From assembly GCA_029219345.1 (NCBI GenBank), contig JAQXTF010000071.1:24-64023 (forward strand): a stretch of DNA of 64,000 nt, given 5' to 3'. The DNA comes from Eggerthellales bacterium. GTDB lineage: Bacteria > Actinomycetota > Coriobacteriia > Coriobacteriales > Eggerthellaceae. The position numbers and the translations under genes were made by a program. This document shows, piece by piece, positions 59,057 through 64,000 of this stretch (position 1 is the first letter of the stretch; each line of letters starts with the position of its first letter). Below the pieces are notes generated by a model that worked only from the letters and a program-made list of their open reading frames with translations, ran no database searches and was not told where the DNA came from.

Positions 59057-61201
59057 GTGAGTGCTTATATAGCAATCATGGCTCCCATTTGTGCCGCAAT
59101 CGGCATCGCGGTAGCCGCTTACCTGGGCTCCTGGGTTCTGAAGCAGGATCCCGGTGCCGACAAGATGAACAGCATTTCGCTGAAGATTCAGCAGGGCGCT
59201 AAGGCCTTCCTGATGAGCGAATACAAGCTGCTCATCATCTTCATGGCTGTTGTAGCCGTGGTTATGGCCATCGCACTGTCCGTTTGGACTGCTCTGGCCT
59301 TCGTTACTGGTGGCGTTCTGTCCGCTGCCGCAGGTTACGTGGGCATGCACGTTGCAACTCGCGCTAACACCCGTACTACCCATGCAGCTGAGGAATCTGT
59401 TGCTAAGGCCCTGAACGTCAGCTTTAAGTCTGGCCTGACCATGGGTCTGTGCGTTGCTTCCTTCGCTCTGATGGGTCTGTCCCTGTGGCTCATCGCTCTG
59501 GTGTACAGCACTCTGTTTGGTCTGGATACTTCTGCCATCACCGTTAACCTGATGCAGACCTTGCATGACAACATCGGTATGGTTGAAGGCTTCGCTACCG
59601 GCGCTTCCGCTGTTGCTCTGTTCGCTCGTGTTGGCGGCGGCATTTACACCAAGGCTGCTGACGTAGGCGCTGACCTGGTTGGTAAGGTTGAAGCTGGCAT
59701 CCCCGAAGACGACCCTCGCAATCCTGCTACCATCGCTGACAATGTTGGTGACAACGTAGGTGACGTTGCTGGCATGGGTGCTGACCTGTTCGAGTCCTAC
59801 ACCGGCTCCATCCTAGCTCCCATCATCCTGGCTGCAACCTTGGGTGCTCTGGGTGGTTACTTCGTAGGCGGTGATATGCTGTGGGCTATTCTGGCTCCCA
59901 TCATGATCAGCTCCTGCGGTATCATCACTTCCATCATCGGTCTGTTCGCCGTTCGCACCAAGGAAGGCGGCGAGCTGCATAAGGCTCTGAACCGCGGTAC
60001 CTATGTTGCTGCTGGTATTGAGATCTGCATCATCCTGGCTATGTTCTTCATCTGGAACGGCCAGAGCACCGATGCTCAGCCCATCTACCTGTTCGGTTCC
60101 GTTATCTGCGGTCTGGTAGCTGGCCTGGCTATCGGCAAGATCACTGAGTACTTCTGCTCCGACAAGTACAGCCCCGTACATAAAATTGCTCAGTCCGCTG
60201 AGACCGGCGCTGCTACTGTTATCATCGAGGGCCTGGGCACTGGTATGCTGTCCACCATCGCCCCCATCGTTCTGCTGGCTCTGGCTATCATCGGTGCTTT
60301 CACCTTTGGTAACATGGCATTCCCCAACGCTGCTGGCGACGGCATTGCTGTTGGTCTGTATGGCGTTGGCCTGGCTGCTACTGGTATGCTTTCTAACACC
60401 GCTATTACCATTGGTGTTGACGCTTATGGCCCCGTTGCCGACAACGCTGGCGGTATTGCTGAGATGGCTGGTCTGCCCGAGGAAATCCGCGATCGTACCG
60501 ACTCCCTGGACGCTGTGGGTAATACCACTGCTGCCATCGCAAAGGGCTTCGCAATTTCTTCCGCTGGCTTGGCTGCTATCTCCCTGTTCGTTTCTTATCA
60601 GGCAACCATGAGCCACATGCTCCCCGGCTTCAGCCTGACCCTGACCAACCCCATCATTGTTGCTGGTATCTTCATCGGCGCTATGATGCCCTTCATGTTC
60701 GCTGCCTTGACCATGGGCGCTGTTTCCCGCGCTGCTCACGCAATGGTTGAAGAGGTTCGTCGTCAGTTCCGCGAGATCCCCGGCATCATGGAGTATGAGA
60801 ATGAGCCCGACTACGACAAGTGCGTTGGCATTTCCACCACTTCCGCTCTGAAGGAAATGATGCTTCCTGGTTGCTTGGCTGTTGTTGTTCCTATTGCTAT
60901 TGGCTGCTTTAGCCCCGAGATGCTGGGTGGTTTCCTGGCTGGCGCTGTTGCTACTGGTATGCTGTTGGCCATGTTCATGTCCAATGCTGGTGGCGCTTGG
61001 GACAACGCCAAGAAGTACATCGAGCAGGGCAACAACGGCGGCAAGGGCTCTGAGGCTCACAAGGCTGCTGTTGTTGGCGACACCGTTGGTGACCCCTTCA
61101 AGGATACTTCTGGTCCTTCCATGAACATTCTGATCAACCTGATGACCATTATCGCGCTGACCTTCAGCCCCCTGTTCATCGCTGTTCAGACTCTGCTCTA
61201 A
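59057..61201 (+). CDS. hppA: Membrane-integral pyrophosphate-energised cation pump (K+-dependent-type signature)
   Basis: [55 protein letters not shown] (Ala at the K+-dependence position), and [18 protein letters not shown] start follows AAAGGAGG. Confidence 0.9.
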   Translation: MSAYIAIMAPICAAIGIAVAAYLGSWVLKQDPGADKMNSISLKIQQGAKAFLMSEYKLLIIFMAVVAVVMAIALSVWTALAFVTGGVLSAAAGYVGMHVATRANTRTTHAAEESVAKALNVSFKSGLTMGLCVASFALMGLSLWLIALVYSTLFGLDTSAITVNLMQTLHDNIGMVEGFATGASAVALFARVGGGIYTKAADVGADLVGKVEAGIPEDDPRNPATIADNVGDNVGDVAGMGADLFESYTGSILAPIILAATLGALGGYFVGGDMLWAILAPIMISSCGIITSIIGLFAVRTKEGGELHKALNRGTYVAAGIEICIILAMFFIWNGQSTDAQPIYLFGSVICGLVAGLAIGKITEYFCSDKYSPVHKIAQSAETGAATVIIEGLGTGMLSTIAPIVLLALAIIGAFTFGNMAFPNAAGDGIAVGLYGVGLAATGMLSNTAITIGVDAYGPVADNAGGIAEMAGLPEEIRDRTDSLDAVGNTTAAIAKGFAISSAGLAAISLFVSYQATMSHMLPGFSLTLTNPIIVAGIFIGAMMPFMFAALTMGAVSRAAHAMVEEVRRQFREIPGIMEYENEPDYDKCVGISTTSALKEMMLPGCLAVVVPIAIGCFSPEMLGGFLAGAVATGMLLAMFMSNAGGAWDNAKKYIEQGNNGGKGSEAHKAAVVGDTVGDPFKDTSGPSMNILINLMTIIALTFSPLFIAVQTLL

Positions 61202-61227
61202 TTTTTTCTTCATCTTTGTGGCATTCA

Positions 61228-61260
61228 ATGCGCCGTCCTTCGGGGCGGCGCATTTCTTTT
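61228..61260 (+). terminator. Rho-independent terminator after hppA
   Basis: ATGCGCCG-(10 nt)-CGGCGCAT followed by TTCTTTT. Confidence 0.75.
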
Positions 61261-61310
61261 ACCTCAGCAGTTGTATACTGGAAAGACGATTGATATTGAA
61301 AGGACTCTTC

Positions 61311-62375
61311 ATGGCTACGCCTCTTCATCTTGAAAAGCTTCCAAAATCACTGGAGCTTGTATTCTCAGACGACCATGCAAAACTGCGTTACTTGGATCAG
61401 CGATATTTGCCTAATGAGTGCAGGATGGTGGAAACAGAAGACTGGCATGATGTATGTGATGCTATAGCTGTTTTAGGCGTCCGTGGTGCTCCCGCTATTG
61501 GCATTGCTGGTGCGTCCGCGATTGCGATGTGGGTGGAAAACCAGGCTGTAATTATTGATGACAACGATTTTTCAGAGGCGCTGCAATTAGTTGCCAATGA
61601 CGTGATTGCGGTACGACCTACGGCAGTTAATCTAAAGTGGGCGGTAGACCGTACGGTGGCTTATGCGCTTGATTTGCTGGATAACGGATGCCCCTTTGAG
61701 CAAATGGGTTCAAAGGTGTGCTCTTTTGTGCAAGAGCTGGCGGCAAATGACGAATCTTGCAATCGTGCAATTGGGGCTGCTGGAGCAGCTGTGATTCCCG
61801 GTGATGCAAAAATCTTGACTCATTGCAATGCCGGCAGTTTGGCAACATATTTTTATGGAACTGCACTAGGTGTTATTTATTGCGCCGCGGAGCAGGGTAA
61901 AGTGCAGCGCGTGTACGCTGATGAGACGCGCCCGCTCGGCCAAGGTGCTCGCTTGACTGTTTGGGAGCTTGCTCAGGTTGGTGTTCCTACTACGCTCATT
62001 TGCGATAATATGGCTGCTAGCCTTATGGCTAAAGGTGAAATTGATTGCGTTGTTGTTGGCGCCGATCGCATTACTTCAAATGGTGATACGGCAAATAAGA
62101 TTGGAACATATGGTGTAGCTATTTTGGCAAAGCATCATGGCATTCCCTTCTATGTGGCTGCGCCCTCTTCCACCTTTGATTTTGCCCTAAAAACAGGGAA
62201 TGAAATACCTATTGAGCAGCGTGCTGATTGTGAGGTGCTTCCTGAGCCTATTGCTGGAGTGGATATATATAACCCTGCATTTGATGTAACCCCAGCTGAG
62301 CTTATTACTGCCATCATTACTGAAAAGGGTGTTTTTGCCCCGAGCGAGCTGAGCAAACTTAAAGAATTGTTGTAA
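61311..62375 (+). CDS. mtnA: S-methyl-5-thioribose-1-phosphate isomerase (eIF-2B alpha/beta/delta-like family)
   Basis: VRGAPAIGIAGA, THCNAGSLAT, ADETRPLGQGARLTVWEL, and VGADRITSNGDTANKIGTY. I prefer the ATG at 61311, because the ORF-track start lies inside the hppA terminator. Confidence 0.8.
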   Translation: MATPLHLEKLPKSLELVFSDDHAKLRYLDQRYLPNECRMVETEDWHDVCDAIAVLGVRGAPAIGIAGASAIAMWVENQAVIIDDNDFSEALQLVANDVIAVRPTAVNLKWAVDRTVAYALDLLDNGCPFEQMGSKVCSFVQELAANDESCNRAIGAAGAAVIPGDAKILTHCNAGSLATYFYGTALGVIYCAAEQGKVQRVYADETRPLGQGARLTVWELAQVGVPTTLICDNMAASLMAKGEIDCVVVGADRITSNGDTANKIGTYGVAILAKHHGIPFYVAAPSSTFDFALKTGNEIPIEQRADCEVLPEPIAGVDIYNPAFDVTPAELITAIITEKGVFAPSELSKLKELL

Positions 62376-62384
62376 GGGAGTCAT

Positions 62385-63401
62385 ATGAATATCGTTTCCA
62401 GCAAACAATATGAGTCATGCCTTCTGCCCATTAGGTCTAAGGAGGCTGCTCAGGAATGCATAACTGAGGATTGGCTGAGAAACGATTATCAAAAAGATCG
62501 CGACAAAATACTTCACTCTAAGGCATTCAGGCGTTTGTCCCACAAAACCCAGGTGTTTTTAGCGGTTGAGGGCGATCATTTTCGCACACGATTAACCCAT
62601 ACTTTGGAGGTTTCTCAAATAGCTCGCACCATTGCGCGTGGTTTGGGTCTTAATGAGGATCTAACCGAGGCAATAGCCTTAGGTCATGACCTTGGTCACA
62701 CGCCCTTTGGCCATACAGGAGAAGAGGCTCTGCGCCATTGTGTCGCTGCAACCCTTCGTATTGATCCCGCTTCAGATAAGGCAAAAGAACTGTATCGTCA
62801 TAATGTGCAAAGCGTGCGTGTTGTGGAGGTCATTGAAAAAGGCGGCCGGGGCCTTGGTCTTAGCAACCAAACGAAGAATGGCATTCTCTGTCATACCGGA
62901 AGCGTAAAAGCCGATACTTTAGAAGGCAGAATTGTTGCAACGGCCGATCGCATTGCCTACGTGAATCACGACGTGGATGATGCCATTCGTGCTGGTATGA
63001 TTTCCGAAAACATTCTGCCTGAAAACGTAAAGCAACTCCTAGGTACTTCCCATGCGGATCGCATTCAAACACTCGTTCATGATATGGTTAAAACCAGTGC
63101 TTCCTTGGGTGATATTGCTTTAAGTGCTCCCGTGGCAGATGCTATGAATGAATTACGTAGCTTCTTGTTTGTTAATGTATACCGGTCTCCTGAGGTTACG
63201 CAAGAGGTAGAGAAGGCCATGCGACTTATGAAGGGCCTTTACGGATACTATCTTGAGCATGTGGAAGACATTCCTGTTGAATATCGCGCGGTTTCTGATG
63301 GCAACGATATTCGCGCTGTGGTCGATTACCTCTCTGGCATGACGGACAGATACGCTACAAAGTTATTCACGGAAATATTTACGCCGCGTCCTTTGGGATA
63401 A
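62385..63401 (+). CDS. dgt: dGTP triphosphohydrolase-like HD-domain protein
   Basis: DYQKDRDKILHSKAFRRLSHKTQVF, FRTRLTHTLEVSQIAR, and LGHDLGHTPFGH. Confidence 0.85.
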   Translation: MNIVSSKQYESCLLPIRSKEAAQECITEDWLRNDYQKDRDKILHSKAFRRLSHKTQVFLAVEGDHFRTRLTHTLEVSQIARTIARGLGLNEDLTEAIALGHDLGHTPFGHTGEEALRHCVAATLRIDPASDKAKELYRHNVQSVRVVEVIEKGGRGLGLSNQTKNGILCHTGSVKADTLEGRIVATADRIAYVNHDVDDAIRAGMISENILPENVKQLLGTSHADRIQTLVHDMVKTSASLGDIALSAPVADAMNELRSFLFVNVYRSPEVTQEVEKAMRLMKGLYGYYLEHVEDIPVEYRAVSDGNDIRAVVDYLSGMTDRYATKLFTEIFTPRPLG

Positions 63402-63415
63402 TGGGGCAAAAGCTC

Positions 63416-63446
63416 TTGACCCTAAAGCGGTTAATAGCGTTATAAT
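63416..63446 (+). promoter_or_regulatory. Candidate promoter of the azlC-like gene. It would give a leaderless or near-leaderless mRNA.
   Basis: TTGACC, 19 nt spacer, TATAAT. The GTG start is only 10 nt after the -10 element and no SD is visible. Confidence 0.4.
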
Positions 63447-63455
63447 CAACAAACT

Positions 63456-64000
63456 GTGCCTTTGACTGTCGACATAAAAGAAGCATTTCGCGCCGCCTTG
63501 CCTATTATGCTGGGCTACGTTGCTATTGGCATTCCCTGCGGTATTCTGAATGCCTCTATTGGTTTGGGCGTTATTCATGTTCTGATTCTCTCCACGCTGT
63601 TTTATTCTGGCGCAGGTCAATTTATGCTGCCCAATATGTATCTTGCTGGGGCGCCTCTGGCATCAATTATTGCTAGCATCTCTTTGGTGAATACCCGCCA
63701 AATGCTCTACTCTGCCTCATTCGCGCCGCAGTGCAAGAATGAGAAAAAGCGCCTTTCGTTTATTTTTGGTGCCACGGTAACCGATGAATCGTTTGGCGTG
63801 AACACTGAGAAGTTCGAGCAGGGGAACTGGAGCGTACGTCGCGCTCTGTGGGTGAACATTTTTAGTTGCAGCTCATGGACCCTTTCTAACATGTTGGGTG
63901 TAGTGCTGGGGGGTTTGCTGAACATTCCTCTTACTATTGCTGCCTTTGCTATGACCAGCATTTTTATTTGCCTTATGTGCAGTCAGAAAATGAATCTTGA
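63456..64000 (+). CDS. azlC: AzlC-family branched-chain amino acid exporter subunit, N-terminal part; continues past the window end
   Basis: My own translation gives VPLTVDIKEAFRAALPIMLGYVAIGIPCGILNASIGL...LFYSGAGQFML...SLVNTRQMLYSASF...GATVTDESFGV, matching the AzlC pattern. No stop is in the window, so it is not in the ORF track. Confidence 0.75.
   Translation, partial: MPLTVDIKEAFRAALPIMLGYVAIGIPCGILNASIGLGVIHVLILSTLFYSGAGQFMLPNMYLAGAPLASIIASISLVNTRQMLYSASFAPQCKNEKKRLSFIFGATVTDESFGVNTEKFEQGNWSVRRALWVNIFSCSSWTLSNMLGVVLGGLLNIPLTIAAFAMTSIFICLMCSQKMNL

Overview
This is a 64-kb bacterial chromosomal segment, densely coding on both strands. Gene content, frequent GTG/TTG starts and one apparently leaderless gene fit an anaerobic Gram-positive organism, possibly a Coriobacteriia-type Actinomycetota. 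That taxonomic call is inference only.

Most of the window is core housekeeping:
- DNA repair and replication: nth, mfd, priA, and a MutY-like glycosylase.
- Translation and transcription: gltX, rpoD, an RlmK-like methyltransferase, and the classical operon rimP-nusA-ylxR-infB-rbfA-nrnA-truB-ribF.
- Biosynthesis and metabolism: metK behind a SAM-type riboswitch, ilvBN, serC-serA, a membrane pyrophosphatase, mtnA, and a dGTPase-like HD protein.
- RNA genes: tRNA-Asp, tRNA-Asn and tRNA-Met(CAT).

I see no CRISPR array, transposase, integrase, prophage or recognisable defence system.

The parts that are not ordinary:
1. Two paralogous three-domain proteins (winged-HTH + LicC-type cytidylyltransferase + LicA-type choline/ethanolamine kinase). 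Nearby are a stand-alone LicC-like gene, an EutH-family permease and a polyprenyl-phosphate sugar-phosphate transferase. Three 100%-identical 32-nt palindromic hairpins punctuate these loci.
2. A translationally coupled operon: ICMT-family membrane methyltransferase, GH3-like adenylating enzyme, and a polytopic degenerate-GGDEF/HD-GYP protein.
3. A G3E (CobW-like) GTPase followed by a single-polypeptide ArsM-ArsS (arsenite methyltransferase + arsenosugar-type radical SAM) fusion.
4. A roughly 455-nt leader with its own promoter and terminator upstream of ilvBN, of no class I can name.
5. A tandem 59-nt GC-rich structured repeat next to the tRNA cluster.
6. A Walker-A-less AAA+-like protein with an acidic Cys/His insert.

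All functional calls rest on motif-level reading of the supplied translations. No database search was run.
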